Positions 28,369-38,729 of a stretch of 64,000 nucleotides of DNA are shown here, piece by piece. The DNA is from Candidatus Poribacteria bacterium (GTDB lineage: Bacteria > Poribacteria > WGA-4E > PCPOR2b): the NCBI GenBank assembly GCA_965208325.1, contig OZ242326.1, forward strand, positions 1,760,001 to 1,824,000. Direction: 5' to 3'. The notes beneath the pieces were generated by a model. That model had not been told where the DNA came from, searched no databases, and saw nothing but the letters and a program-made list of their open reading frames with translations. The translations under genes and the position numbers were made by a program. Each line of letters begins with the position of its first letter. Position 1 is the first letter of the stretch.

Positions 28369-31164
28369 TCACGGCCTCGCAGCCGGAATTGCGTACGGCT
28401 CGTGACCGTAGACGACTTTGCCCTTAAACCGGAGCGGATGGTTTTCGGAACCGTCATGCGAGACCATCCAAAGCTGGCCGTTATTTTCGTACATGATCGT
28501 TGAACCGTTAGGCAGCCAAATCGGCTTTTGCCCGCCGTACCGCGTCAATTGCCTTTCCGCCGGTTGCCCCTCTGAATTGAATTCAGTAATCCAGATTTGG
28601 CGAAACCGCCCGTCGGCGCGGGAAAACGCCAAAACGTTTGGATGGGATGGCGACCATGCCGGTTCCGCGTCATCATCAGGGCTGACGGATACCGGTTCAA
28701 GCCGCTGCGTTACCGTATCGTAGACATAGATATTCCGATCGTTTCCCGCTTCCGGATTTTCAATGCTACCTTTCGTGCTGTACGCGAGAAGCTCACCGCT
28801 GTTGTGCCAAGTCGGAGTAAACATCTCCCTCGCTGTTGACGGAAGAAGTATCTCCTCCCGGCTTGGAACATGCCGAATGTAGATGCGGCTGCGATTAACA
28901 CTGCGCCTCGCGAACGCGATGTAATTTCCGTCCGGTGAGATTGCGGTGTCTGATGCTAATTCACGCTTGCCGAGCAGCAATATTTCTTCCTCGCCGCTAG
29001 AATCGCGCGCCATGACGTTCCCTTCAAGATCGATATAGGTGAGCGTATCTTCCAGTGAAGCCGTTGGACGCCTACCCGCACCGAACGGCTGCAACACGTT
29101 GTTTGGCGCGTACCCCCAAATAATGTCATCGTAACTATAGTAGATTATGGCGTCCAGCAGCCCTAGTTCCGGGTGGCGCTCTTGGTTGGCGTGAGAAGCG
29201 TTAGATGCCGTGTCCGTACTCCCATCCGCCGATTTTTCCGATGGAATTGCGAAATCGTTTTGAGTTTGGGGCGGGGCCAATTTTGGCTCAAAATTCTGAT
29301 GATCCTGCAACCTCCAGCCGCCGCCAATCGCTTCAAAGATAAAACCGACGCCTTGATTCCAATACCACCACTGTTCAATCTCGCGCCCAAAGCGTGTGAA
29401 GTTTAACACGTCTTCCGGCTCACCGTATTGGAACTTAATTTCCGATCGGTGTCCATCCTCGATTTCAGCCATGTTTCCGTCTTCGTCAATGTACATGGCG
29501 AAGATTTCGATGTCAATATAGGGCGTCGTGTATCCCTTAAACACGGAAACCAATTGCGGCGTCCCCCGCACAGGAAAGCGTGTGCCGTAGATGCCAACGC
29601 CGTCTTGCAAGCCCGCTTTGCGATCGCCGTCAACATCTACCATCGCCATCACATAGTACCCGCCGGGCGGCACCGTCACCTCGTAGCGCCCATTCCCCTC
29701 TAGATTCAATGTGATGGGCATCGGCGATTCAAAATCGGGCGTTTTTGAAAGTGACAGAATGCCTTCTCTGAATGCTTTTCCTTCCCAAATTACGCGTCCT
29801 GTTATTCCGCCTTCGGTGTTCTGGCTCAAGTCGTTCACATCCGCTGTCCGAACCGCTTCGAGCTGGCCATCCGCACTGTAGTGGGCAGTCACGTGGAGTT
29901 TGATGTCAAAACTCTCCGCCGGATTCAAAACCAGCGTGGATGGCGGCATACTCGTCATATCGTTGCTGCCGTACGCACCGATGCCATCGCCTTGACTGTA
30001 ACTGCCGTCACCATCCGCATCAACATTAACAATAAGATAGTAGCCGCCCGGCGGGAGTTGCAGGCTGAACTTCCCTTCTTCATCTGCCTGAACCTTTTTC
30101 ACAATTTTCACCAGCGCCGGGTCCTGGTATACATAGATTGCACTCCCTTTGAGCGATTTTTCAGCCCACACGACTTCGCCCAACACACTCGCCGGTGCAC
30201 GTTCGGTTGCGCGCTGCGTTGGAGGCGTGTCCTTACCGAATTCCGCCAGCGGGACAATTTTCCCGCTCTCGGTCTGCTTCCCTGTCACCTCGATTTGAAT
30301 ATCGTCCGTAAATCTGTTTGCGTCCACCAAAATCGGCTGTGGGAATGCTCCTTGACTACGCAGATCGTCAATGCCGTAGATGCCTAATTCATCACCGTGA
30401 TCAAAAAGATTGGTACGATTTGCATCAATGGTTGCCATTAAGTAATACTTACCGGGCGTTAATTTAAGCGTAAAGTTCCCGTCGCGTGCAATCTGTGCGC
30501 TCCCAGCGCGAAATTTCCACGAGAGATCGGTATATGCCAAAATGAGCGCGTCTTCGAACGATTGGTTCCCCGTTCGATGTAGTTGCCCTTTGATGCCGGA
30601 GGTAATCTTTGTTACATCCCTCTTAAATTCTTCAAATGGATTTTCGCGATAGTCATACGCTGCAACTATCTTCCCTTTTCCATCAACATTCTGCATTCTC
30701 GCTGTAATCTCGATTGCAAGCCCGCTGACCGTTTTGTGCGCACCGATGTTCACCAACTGCTTGCGCTGATTTGGGTGATTCCAATCTGTAATGCCGTAAA
30801 TGCCCATACCGTCGCCAATATCGAATTTTCCCGAGCGATCCAAATCCACGAAAGCAACGAGATAGTAGCCCCCCGGTTCGACGCGAATTTCAAACTCACC
30901 GCCCCTCAACCCCGTAACACCCGTATATAACGACTTCAGGTCTTCATCGCTATAGACTTGCACGGTAGCCTGCGACAAATCTTCGCCCGACCAGACAATC
31001 TCGCCTTTGAGTGTAGCTGTCGCGCGTCTGCCAAATTCCTCCGCCAAAGCCTTTTCCGCTTCCGTTTGCGGTTTGTGTTGCGCCCATAGGGCGCAGTTGC
31101 CAAGCATGAAAATAGCTATGGGTGTTATTATGAGGAAAATGCGTCTGCGTTGAATCGGTGTCAT
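28369..31164 (-). CDS. Large exported protein: four DxDxxG-bearing beta-sandwich repeats plus TolB/PD40-like propeller
   Basis: Four units ending PG-x-YY-x5-D-x-[DN]-x7-D-x2-G-x-YG; C-terminal ISPDG, PTW, PAWSP, PIWLPNG repeats; signal peptide. Confidence 0.75.
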   Translation of the reverse strand: MTPIQRRRIFLIITPIAIFMLGNCALWAQHKPQTEAEKALAEEFGRRATATLKGEIVWSGEDLSQATVQVYSDEDLKSLYTGVTGLRGGEFEIRVEPGGYYLVAFVDLDRSGKFDIGDGMGIYGITDWNHPNQRKQLVNIGAHKTVSGLAIEITARMQNVDGKGKIVAAYDYRENPFEEFKRDVTKITSGIKGQLHRTGNQSFEDALILAYTDLSWKFRAGSAQIARDGNFTLKLTPGKYYLMATIDANRTNLFDHGDELGIYGIDDLRSQGAFPQPILVDANRFTDDIQIEVTGKQTESGKIVPLAEFGKDTPPTQRATERAPASVLGEVVWAEKSLKGSAIYVYQDPALVKIVKKVQADEEGKFSLQLPPGGYYLIVNVDADGDGSYSQGDGIGAYGSNDMTSMPPSTLVLNPAESFDIKLHVTAHYSADGQLEAVRTADVNDLSQNTEGGITGRVIWEGKAFREGILSLSKTPDFESPMPITLNLEGNGRYEVTVPPGGYYVMAMVDVDGDRKAGLQDGVGIYGTRFPVRGTPQLVSVFKGYTTPYIDIEIFAMYIDEDGNMAEIEDGHRSEIKFQYGEPEDVLNFTRFGREIEQWWYWNQGVGFIFEAIGGGWRLQDHQNFEPKLAPPQTQNDFAIPSEKSADGSTDTASNASHANQERHPELGLLDAIIYYSYDDIIWGYAPNNVLQPFGAGRRPTASLEDTLTYIDLEGNVMARDSSGEEEILLLGKRELASDTAISPDGNYIAFARRSVNRSRIYIRHVPSREEILLPSTAREMFTPTWHNSGELLAYSTKGSIENPEAGNDRNIYVYDTVTQRLEPVSVSPDDDAEPAWSPSHPNVLAFSRADGRFRQIWITEFNSEGQPAERQLTRYGGQKPIWLPNGSTIMYENNGQLWMVSHDGSENHPLRFKGKVVYGHEPYAIPAARP

Positions 31165-31240
31165 CCGATGTTCGTGCTCTTTCGTTACGGTTACTCGTTA
31201 AAAACCACCCGATTACCCGAAGACATCTACCGGTGCATGA

Positions 31241-32416
31241 CTATTGGTAGCCGGTCAGTTCAGTATACCCCCAACCGCTTACCGGTGCGCCGTTAAACTC
31301 TCCCTCGACTCGCACTGCGCCTTCCCAGTAGGTGAACTCAGTGTGTAACTCTTGGTTGGAAATAAGCGGCTCAATGCTAAACTGGCAATTCAATTTAGGA
31401 AGTGCAACTCGCCAGCCAGAAGGATACCTAATGCCGGTTTCAGGGCTCTTCCAGTTGCGGGTAACGGTCAGTGTAAAATCCCCGGGGCGAATGGCAACCT
31501 GCCTGCCGTCGGGGTAAGCCAATGTGCCTTCAAACGTTTGTGCATCACGCGTCTGATCTGTTCTACGAAAGCAATACAGCATCAGGGCGGCGCCGTTGTC
31601 CAACTGTATGCTGAACCAATCCCAGCCCACCACGTCCTCGGCGAGGGCGCTCGTTCCAAACTCATGGTCCATCCAACTGACACCGTTGACCGCCTCTTTT
31701 TTACCGTCAACGGTGACAAAGCCTGTCGTGTTCAAACCCACAAGGCTGTAATAGTAATTTGCATTGCCCGGTTCGGGTGCCTTTTGGCTTAAACCGCGAT
31801 CGCCGTGCAGCACCGCGGGGCGAGTCTCTCGCAGTGTTAGATGAATCGCCGCACCGGGATCGGTCTGATCGTCGATCGCTGATAAGCGTACCACACCCGA
31901 ATCAATTTCTCGCGCTGACCAGTCCTCAAGCCAAACGGAATATGCCGGTTCACCGCTCGCACCCGCGAGTCCGGTTGCACCCCGGCTAAAGCGTTCGCAA
32001 CTGTAAAACTCGCCGCGCGACGCATCGGTCAACGCAAAGTGCGCCATATAGATTTGATAGGCAGCAAAGTTCGATGACCGTTCCTGTACCTGCGGCGTTA
32101 ACGCACTGCGGAAAAACGTCAGTTGGTAGCCAAAATCTTTACCGCTGTCCGATTTTAAATTTCCGGTATAATACCACCATTCTATTTTATAGCGAGGATG
32201 CGGCCCGTGGTCTCGTGGAAATTCAAATTCCATCGGCTCGAACGCGCGCGCAAATCCAGCATCGGCGTCGCCGCGCATCACGCTGAGGAAGTTGGAGGCG
32301 TCTTCCGCTCCGGCTCCGAACGCTGAACAGAGACTCAATAAAATCGACGCTAAGAATATGAAGAATATCAAACGCAAAACCTGAATTCTGGATTTCGTTA
32401 ATTGGATAGCTGGCAT
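31241..32416 (-). CDS. Lipocalin-like AttH/CrtC family secreted protein
   Basis: FPRDHGPHP...EWWYYTGNL, QLTFFR, WMDHEF, GWDWF, YWEGAV, GYTELTGY. Confidence 0.9.
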   Translation of the reverse strand: MPAIQLTKSRIQVLRLIFFIFLASILLSLCSAFGAGAEDASNFLSVMRGDADAGFARAFEPMEFEFPRDHGPHPRYKIEWWYYTGNLKSDSGKDFGYQLTFFRSALTPQVQERSSNFAAYQIYMAHFALTDASRGEFYSCERFSRGATGLAGASGEPAYSVWLEDWSAREIDSGVVRLSAIDDQTDPGAAIHLTLRETRPAVLHGDRGLSQKAPEPGNANYYYSLVGLNTTGFVTVDGKKEAVNGVSWMDHEFGTSALAEDVVGWDWFSIQLDNGAALMLYCFRRTDQTRDAQTFEGTLAYPDGRQVAIRPGDFTLTVTRNWKSPETGIRYPSGWRVALPKLNCQFSIEPLISNQELHTEFTYWEGAVRVEGEFNGAPVSGWGYTELTGYQ

Positions 32417-32738
32417 CTCAATCTCACGATAGCATCGCCCGTGTTGTGCGTAAACCGTTATCTAATTCCGCCGCACCAACCGGAAGTGCATTAATTTTAA
32501 TTATATCAAAATGCGGTTATATGTTCAACCTCCAACCCGTGCCGAACTACCTGACGTGAATCACAACGGATTGGACGCCTAGCATGAACCTTTTCGATCC
32601 GCGCGCACCAAGATTATCCAATTATCTCCTCGCAAAATTCTGCTTGAACGCGCCGCACGGTTCCCATTCGCTTTTTTCTTGACACGGCACGGAATTCTGA
32701 TACAATATTTTCGCCTTAATTTTTATGCTACGTCCATG

Positions 32739-33220
32739 GTACGCGGGGAATCTTGCCGCGAATTCGTTATGAATCACCGAAACACAACACATAATCGTTC
32801 GATTGCGTAAAACACCCATCGTAGGCGCGGCATCTTGCCGCGAATTCGTTATGAACCACAGAATAACAACACATAATCGTACACTGCGTAAAACACCCAT
32901 CGCAGGCGCGGCATCTTGCCGCGAATTCATTATGAACCATCGAACTACAACACATAATCGTTCAACTCCCTAACACACCCTTCGTAGGCGCGGCATCTTG
33001 CCGCGAATTCATTATGAACCATTGAACTACAACACATAATCGTTCAACTCCCTAACACACCCTTCGTAGGCGCGGCATCTTGCCGCGAATTCATTATGAA
33101 CCATTGAACTACAACACATAATCGTTCAACTGCGTAACACACCCATCGTAGGCGCGGCATCTTGCCGCGAATTCGTTATGAATCACCGAAACACAACACA
33201 TAACCGTGTAACTGCGTAAG
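32739..33220 (+). repeat. Tandem array of six 81-82 bp units, each with a GTAG-type REP hairpin
   Basis: Units start at 32739, 32821, 32902, 32984, 33066, 33148; core GTAGG-CGCGGCA-TCT-TGCCGCG-AATTC; inter-core segments homologous. Confidence 0.92.
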
Positions 33221-33268
33221 ACCTTTTCAGACTTATTTTACTCAAAATATTAGCTAAGGAATCTAAAC

Positions 33269-34465
33269 ATGAAAAAGTATGTTGCAATATCAATACTCTT
33301 CATCTGGGTTGTTGGCATCGGGTGCGAGCAAAAACAGCGGGTCGACAATCTCAAAGTTGGGCGCATAAAGTTGCTTAATTCAGGACTCGCGCTCGAAGCA
33401 GTCGAACCGCTTAAAATCGCGGTTACAGAAGAATACGACAAAACCGAACCCCGAACCCTCTTAATCCTCGCTTACTACCATGGACTGTCGTCCGGCAGCG
33501 CTAAAACTCACGGTCTGGAAGAAAAGTTCAATCTCGAACGGGAGAAAAGGCTTGAAGCGCTCGGCGATGCGGAGATGAAATTTCTCCTCGACCTCTTGGT
33601 AAAACGCTCCCGCGTCCAGAAAGATGCTATGCAAGTCCTGACTGACAAAGGCGCTGGCGCTACCCCCCTGCTCATCAATGCACTTGGCAAGGTCGAATAT
33701 CAAAACATCCAAAACGATGTCAAAGACATGCTGGCAACCATCGGTTCCGATGCGCTCAATCCGATAATATCTGCGATTCGTAATCCCGATACAGCGCCAT
33801 CCGTGAAGGTTTCGCTTGTCCGGTTGATTGGAAGGATAGGCGATACCGGGGTGGTTTCTGATGTGGAGGCGCTCGGGGATAGTACGACCGATGCCGGCTT
33901 GAAGATGGAAATCAACGCAGCGCTCTATAAACTAGGGAAGAGCAACTATAAATCTCAGATTCTGAAAGGTTTAAGAGCTAGTGATGTGAAGGTGCGCCGC
34001 GCCGCTGCGAAAGCGATTATTGATTTTGATGAATATTCTGCGTCGGATGTCATCAAAGCGCTTGGAGATTCAGACGATCGGGTTCGAGAATATGTTGCGG
34101 CTGTCCTTCAGAAGCGCCCGGATAAGGCTGCGGTTCAGCCGCTTGTAGAAGTCCTGAAGAGTGGTGCGGACCACGCCGCGAAACAGGCGGCGTTCGATGC
34201 GCTGAAGGTACACGTGGCGAACGGGTTGGCGAGGCGGTTGGCGGCTGATTTAATCCGTAAGGAGTTATTAGGCGGGAACATCAGCAATCCTGAGGATAGG
34301 CTTCGCATTGTTCAACTGCTTCGGGAAAAGGAGTTAATACGCCAAATTGAGGCTGCGCCCGTGGAGTTGCAATTGAAATATGACCTCGAACAATACCGCC
34401 AAAACACCGAACAGCATGGACTAGTGAAGAGCGAGTTGGGACGGCTGCTAGAGGTATTGAAGTAA
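33269..34465 (+). CDS. HEAT-repeat lipoprotein
   Basis: Lipobox GIGC; HEAT-like units (DVKVRRAAAKAI, DSDDRVREYVAAVL, AVQPLVEVL). Confidence 0.8.
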   Translation: MKKYVAISILFIWVVGIGCEQKQRVDNLKVGRIKLLNSGLALEAVEPLKIAVTEEYDKTEPRTLLILAYYHGLSSGSAKTHGLEEKFNLEREKRLEALGDAEMKFLLDLLVKRSRVQKDAMQVLTDKGAGATPLLINALGKVEYQNIQNDVKDMLATIGSDALNPIISAIRNPDTAPSVKVSLVRLIGRIGDTGVVSDVEALGDSTTDAGLKMEINAALYKLGKSNYKSQILKGLRASDVKVRRAAAKAIIDFDEYSASDVIKALGDSDDRVREYVAAVLQKRPDKAAVQPLVEVLKSGADHAAKQAAFDALKVHVANGLARRLAADLIRKELLGGNISNPEDRLRIVQLLREKELIRQIEAAPVELQLKYDLEQYRQNTEQHGLVKSELGRLLEVLK

Positions 34466-34516
34466 TCGTCACGCGGAATTAAGTCAAACGGGAATACGTT
34501 CATCAGGAAGAGATTC

Positions 34517-35542
34517 ATGATTGGCACAGATCGAGGTCCTCTTATGCAGGCTGAAAACCGCGCTCACACACCCTATCGAGTCAGCGTTAATCAATACAGC
34601 GAATTTCGGGAACGTGGGTTCCTGACAGTGCGCGGCTTAATCTCGCACGACGATGTCCAAGAACTGAACAATCACATGGAAGACGTGTTGGCAGGCCGTG
34701 AGTCGTTCCCCGGAGTCCCGCCGGCGCCCGAACACCTGCCGCCCAACGAAATTGCCAGCTACTGGGAGCGCGTCCACATGCTGCACCGGGTTTCGCCGCT
34801 GCACGAGCGGTATCTCCTCCACCCCCGTATCCTCGACGTGCTTGAGGCAATTATCGGTCCGGATGTGCTCGCGCTCCAGACGATGTTGTTCTTCAAACAG
34901 CCGGGTCAACCCGGCCAGGGTTATCACCAGGATTCTTATTACATCCCGACGTTGCCGGACACATTGTGCGGAGCATGGCTCGCCCTTGAGCCGGCGACCG
35001 AGGAAAACGGCTGCATGTGGATGGTCGCCGGGTCACAATGCGAGCCAATCTACCCGGACTTAGATGGCGTCACCGAGAACGGCGACTGGGGGCTGCGCGA
35101 TATCCAACCGATTGCAGCCGCGAGCCATCCTGACGTATCGCTCAACGGTTTGGCGCGGGTGGCGCACAAGTATGCCGGGAAAGAGGTGCAAGTCGAAGCA
35201 CAACCTGGAGATGTGGTCTTCTTCAACGGTCATATTCTGCACCGTTCACATGCCAACCGATCGAAGACGCAGTCCCGCCACACGTTCGTCGGCCACTACT
35301 GCAACGCCCGTTCGCTAGTGCCCTGGAACTACAAGAAGAACTCCTACGAAGGCGAGTCAGCAAACTATCTGCATATCCTCGCGCGCGGATCGACTCACCT
35401 GCCCTACGCGCAACCAAACTTCGATACGCCCTGCGCCGCGAACCGCCCCGACCTTTACGGCAAACGCCCCAGCCGCGTTCAACCTGTTTCGATGACGCCG
35501 ACCGACAAGGGAATTGGCGTGCTAGAGCCAGATTTAGAATGA
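34517..35542 (+). CDS. Phytanoyl-CoA dioxygenase (PhyH) family Fe(II)/2OG oxygenase
   Basis: HQD facial triad, AWLALE...ENGCM, GDVVFFNGHILHRS...NRS...R. Confidence 0.92.
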   Translation: MIGTDRGPLMQAENRAHTPYRVSVNQYSEFRERGFLTVRGLISHDDVQELNNHMEDVLAGRESFPGVPPAPEHLPPNEIASYWERVHMLHRVSPLHERYLLHPRILDVLEAIIGPDVLALQTMLFFKQPGQPGQGYHQDSYYIPTLPDTLCGAWLALEPATEENGCMWMVAGSQCEPIYPDLDGVTENGDWGLRDIQPIAAASHPDVSLNGLARVAHKYAGKEVQVEAQPGDVVFFNGHILHRSHANRSKTQSRHTFVGHYCNARSLVPWNYKKNSYEGESANYLHILARGSTHLPYAQPNFDTPCAANRPDLYGKRPSRVQPVSMTPTDKGIGVLEPDLE

Positions 35543-35555
35543 ACTGCCGTCATCA

Positions 35556-35574
35556 CCGCTTAACCCAACCTACA
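35556..35574 (-). repeat. Solo copy of the REP end TGTAGGTTGGGTTAAGCGG
   Basis: Identical to 28249-28267. Confidence 0.75.
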
Positions 35575-35767
35575 AAAGCTGTCGGGACCGGCCTCCTGTA
35601 AAATCAATCTCCAAATCGAGACACATAACCATGGCAACCCCACCCCTCAATCTCCCCTTATAAAGGGGGGATCAACGGACTGAATAGGGAAGCCGATAGT
35701 CTTCTCCACCCCAGCTTGTCCGTAACGCTTCCAACAAACCAATCGCGCCGCAATATCCAAAAATTAC

Positions 35768-36076
35768 TGTAGGTTGGGTAGAGCGAATAATCCCAAATCG
35801 GTTCCGGTAGGATTTAACCTTTCCGAATGTCCAAGGATGCTACTGTCAAAATACACGGAGCGAAACCCAACGTATTTGTAACCTCCCGCAACCCTAACGG
35901 GTTCAGACTTCAATACACCGCTCCGAATTTCAAATATTCCCTTTGCATTTCCCTGTTCCTATCGTTCTGGCGATGATGTCTACCGTTAGGCTTTCCGAAC
36001 ATTTCAAAAACGTTGGGTTTCGCAGAAGACTATCGCCTTCCCTATTCGGTCAGTTGATCGCTCTACCCAACCTACA
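35768..36076. repeat. REPIN/MITE-like element
   Basis: 19-bp terminal IR TGTAGGTTGGGTAGAGCGA (35768-35786 and 36058-36076) with nested IR GCGAAACCCAACGT (35860-35873 and 36010-36023). Confidence 0.82.
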
Positions 36077-36158
36077 AAAACCATGCGCGAACCTGCCCAA
36101 TTTTCGAATGTCTTTAATCCACGCCGTCATCGTTAATTGACATACCATCATAATATAT

Positions 36159-38177
36159 GTGAATATGAATGTAGATGACTATTTCTGCCCCCGGAACGAT
36201 TTTATGAACCTACCGAACCAATCACACACAAATTTAACAAAAGGGCTCACTCTCAGGGCACTCGGCATTGGCGTGGTCCTGATGGTTTTAAACGCATACT
36301 GGTTGAATGATGCCGCTTGGGGCGGTCGGACGTTGCACACCTACATCTCCTTGTTCGTCAATACGGTATTCTGCCTATTTGTGCTTGTTCTGTTGAATCT
36401 TGTATTGAAGCGAGCGTTCCCCCGCCACGCACTCCACAACACCGAAATCTTCGTTGTCTACGTCATGCTGGTCACGGTTTCCACGCTTGGCGGAAACACA
36501 AATATGGGCTATCTGATATATCATTTGGCGCATCCGTTCTGGTTCGCCACCGCAGAAAATGACTGGATTCGGCTTTTCGGCGGACATATCCCCGACTGGT
36601 TCGCTGTCCGCGACGGAAATGTCCTACGCGGATTTTACGAGGGGGAGTCATCCTTTTTTGCCGCCCAAAACCTCTACGGCTGGCTGGTTCCGGCGCTCGC
36701 TTGGTCCGCCTTCATATTTGTCCTTTACTTCGTCCTAATCTGCATGAATGTAATCCTCAGAAGACAGTTCACAAACCATGAGCGGCTGACCTATCCCATC
36801 GCCCAACTGCCGTTGGAGATGGGACGCACACAGGCACGCTTTTTTCGCAACCGCCTGATGTGGATAGGGTTCGGCATCGCAGGCGGGATTGAGCTAGTCA
36901 ACGGATTTCATTTCCTGTACCCCGCCATCCCGTCTATCCCTGTGGGTCAACGCGTGTTCTCAGGCATATTTCAGGAAAAACCGTGGGACGCTGTCGGCAG
37001 CGTGCTTTTTTCGGTTTGGCCTTCAGTGGTCGGCCTCGCGTTTTTCCTGCCCTTAGATTTAGCGTTCTCCGCGCTGTTCTTTTACTTTTTCGGGAAAATC
37101 CAACTCGTCGCGTGCAGTGCGTTCGGGTGGCATACAACCCCTTACCTTGATGAACAATCGCAGGGGGGCTGGATCGGATTGGGGCTGCTCGCTTTATGGA
37201 TTAGCCGCCGACACCTGAAAACCGTCTTCTCCGCGGTGGCGGGAAGGCGCCCCAAACCGCCGGGTATGCCTGACCTAAAGGAAACCGCGCAGAGCCGGGT
37301 AGACGATTCTTCGGAGCCGATGCCGTACCGGTACGCCGTTTGGGGAATAATAGGAGGGTTACTCCTTATCATGCTGTTCGGCTACAAAGCCGGGGCTTCG
37401 CTTTGGGCGATTGCGGTCTTCTTTTCCATCTATTTTATTATCGCCATTAGTCTGACTAAGGTTCGGGCGGGACTTGGACCGCCCCTGCACGAGATGTACG
37501 GAAAAGACCCTGGAGCCATAATGGTCTCCGCCTTTGGTGCGCGGCGCATTGGCGCTGCGAACTTAACTGTCTTGTCATTCTTTTTCTGGTTGAACCGCGT
37601 CAACACTGCCCATCCGATGCCCAATCAATTGGAGGCATTTCACATCGGCCGCCAAACCGGGATAAATGGGAGACACCTGATCATTGCGATGTTAATTGCG
37701 CTAGGCGTCGGCATACCGTTGACATTTATCACCTACCTCCAACTCTCATACAATTTCGGCGGGTTCGGCGCATTTCACACGCATTTTCCCATGGCGTGGG
37801 GATTCAATAGCTTAGAAAAGCGGCTGGCCCATCCCGCGGGCACCGACTATGCCGCCGTGACCGCCATGGGAATAGGCTTCGGTTTCACCATGTTCCTCAC
37901 CGCCATGAAGATGCGGTTTCTCTGGTGGGGACTCCATCCAATCGGTTACGTGCTCGGCACAGGGCGTTTGGGCGGGGATATGAATTTCTTCTGGTTCCCC
38001 GTCCTTGTCGGTTGGGCAATTAAATCTATCGTGCTGCGGTACGGCGGCCTGCGCACTTATCGAAGCGCAATCCCGTTCTTCGCCGGGCTAATCCTTGGCG
38101 ACTACGTAATCGGCGCCGTATGGAGCCTCATCGGCATCACCTTCCAAATCCCGACCTATAAGATTCTGATTGAGTGA
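36159..38177 (+). CDS. Polytopic membrane protein, putative peptide transporter (DUF6785/DUF6784-like)
   Basis: Many TM helices, ERLTYPIAQLP, WWGLHPIGY, LRYGG...PFFAGLILGD; start may be 36204. Confidence 0.7.
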   Translation: MNMNVDDYFCPRNDFMNLPNQSHTNLTKGLTLRALGIGVVLMVLNAYWLNDAAWGGRTLHTYISLFVNTVFCLFVLVLLNLVLKRAFPRHALHNTEIFVVYVMLVTVSTLGGNTNMGYLIYHLAHPFWFATAENDWIRLFGGHIPDWFAVRDGNVLRGFYEGESSFFAAQNLYGWLVPALAWSAFIFVLYFVLICMNVILRRQFTNHERLTYPIAQLPLEMGRTQARFFRNRLMWIGFGIAGGIELVNGFHFLYPAIPSIPVGQRVFSGIFQEKPWDAVGSVLFSVWPSVVGLAFFLPLDLAFSALFFYFFGKIQLVACSAFGWHTTPYLDEQSQGGWIGLGLLALWISRRHLKTVFSAVAGRRPKPPGMPDLKETAQSRVDDSSEPMPYRYAVWGIIGGLLLIMLFGYKAGASLWAIAVFFSIYFIIAISLTKVRAGLGPPLHEMYGKDPGAIMVSAFGARRIGAANLTVLSFFFWLNRVNTAHPMPNQLEAFHIGRQTGINGRHLIIAMLIALGVGIPLTFITYLQLSYNFGGFGAFHTHFPMAWGFNSLEKRLAHPAGTDYAAVTAMGIGFGFTMFLTAMKMRFLWWGLHPIGYVLGTGRLGGDMNFFWFPVLVGWAIKSIVLRYGGLRTYRSAIPFFAGLILGDYVIGAVWSLIGITFQIPTYKILIE

Positions 38178-38377
38178 ATTCTACTGCATATAGCACTACA
38201 CTATCATCAGTCTTTGTAGGACGGGTAGAGACCGACGCAGCGAATGTTGACGGCGATAGAATTAAGTTTTTTTAGGTTGGGTAGTTTACTTACCCCATTT
38301 GTTTGGACACAAAAGCCGTTGTCAGAGGTCGAGGCAATGGCTTTTTGTTTATGGATTTTTACTAAGGAAGGTTAATC

Positions 38378-38421
38378 TTGAAAATGTTAGAACGGTGTGG
38401 TATATTGCCAATATAAGGAGG
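38378..38421 (+). promoter_or_regulatory. Sigma70-type promoter plus RBS
   Basis: TTGAAA-17 bp-TATATT with TG extension (38378-38406), then TAAGGAGG before ATG 38427. Confidence 0.6.
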
Positions 38422-38426
38422 CTAAA

Positions 38427-38729
38427 ATGCAAATTTGAGGCGAACCTATTCATTTGTGCTTGCTCTCTACTGAAACGGAGACTGAGACTTTTACATTGTC
38501 AACCAAGTATCAGCAATATAATGTCCACGTACTGTCAACCAGTTAGGAAGAATCACCAAGTGAGATTAAAGTTTTTCGTGCCGCATCTGCGGAGGCGTGT
38601 TTGACTTTGAGTTGGGACGAAAATAGGCGTATTTACAGGTATTTCAATAAGGATAATGATAGAGACATCATTAGGATTTGGGCGGGCGATTATCGAATCT
38701 CGATTAGTAAAGCTGGGGCGATTGAATAA
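38427..38729 (+). pseudogene. 100-codon hypothetical gene with two in-frame stops
   Basis: Strong RBS; MQI*GEP...STS*EESP...AGAIE*; terminal TAA immediately followed by next ATG. Confidence 0.55.

Noticed and set aside
32622..32955. Minus-strand ORFs with repeated peptides (NSRQDAAP, HNEFAARCRA)
   Set aside because: They are translations of the 82-bp DNA repeat, whose period is not a multiple of three.
32739..33220. Possible CRISPR array (palindromic repeat at regular spacing)
   Set aside because: The inter-repeat segments are homologous to each other rather than unique spacers, the core is a GTAG-type REP hairpin, and no cas genes are in the window.
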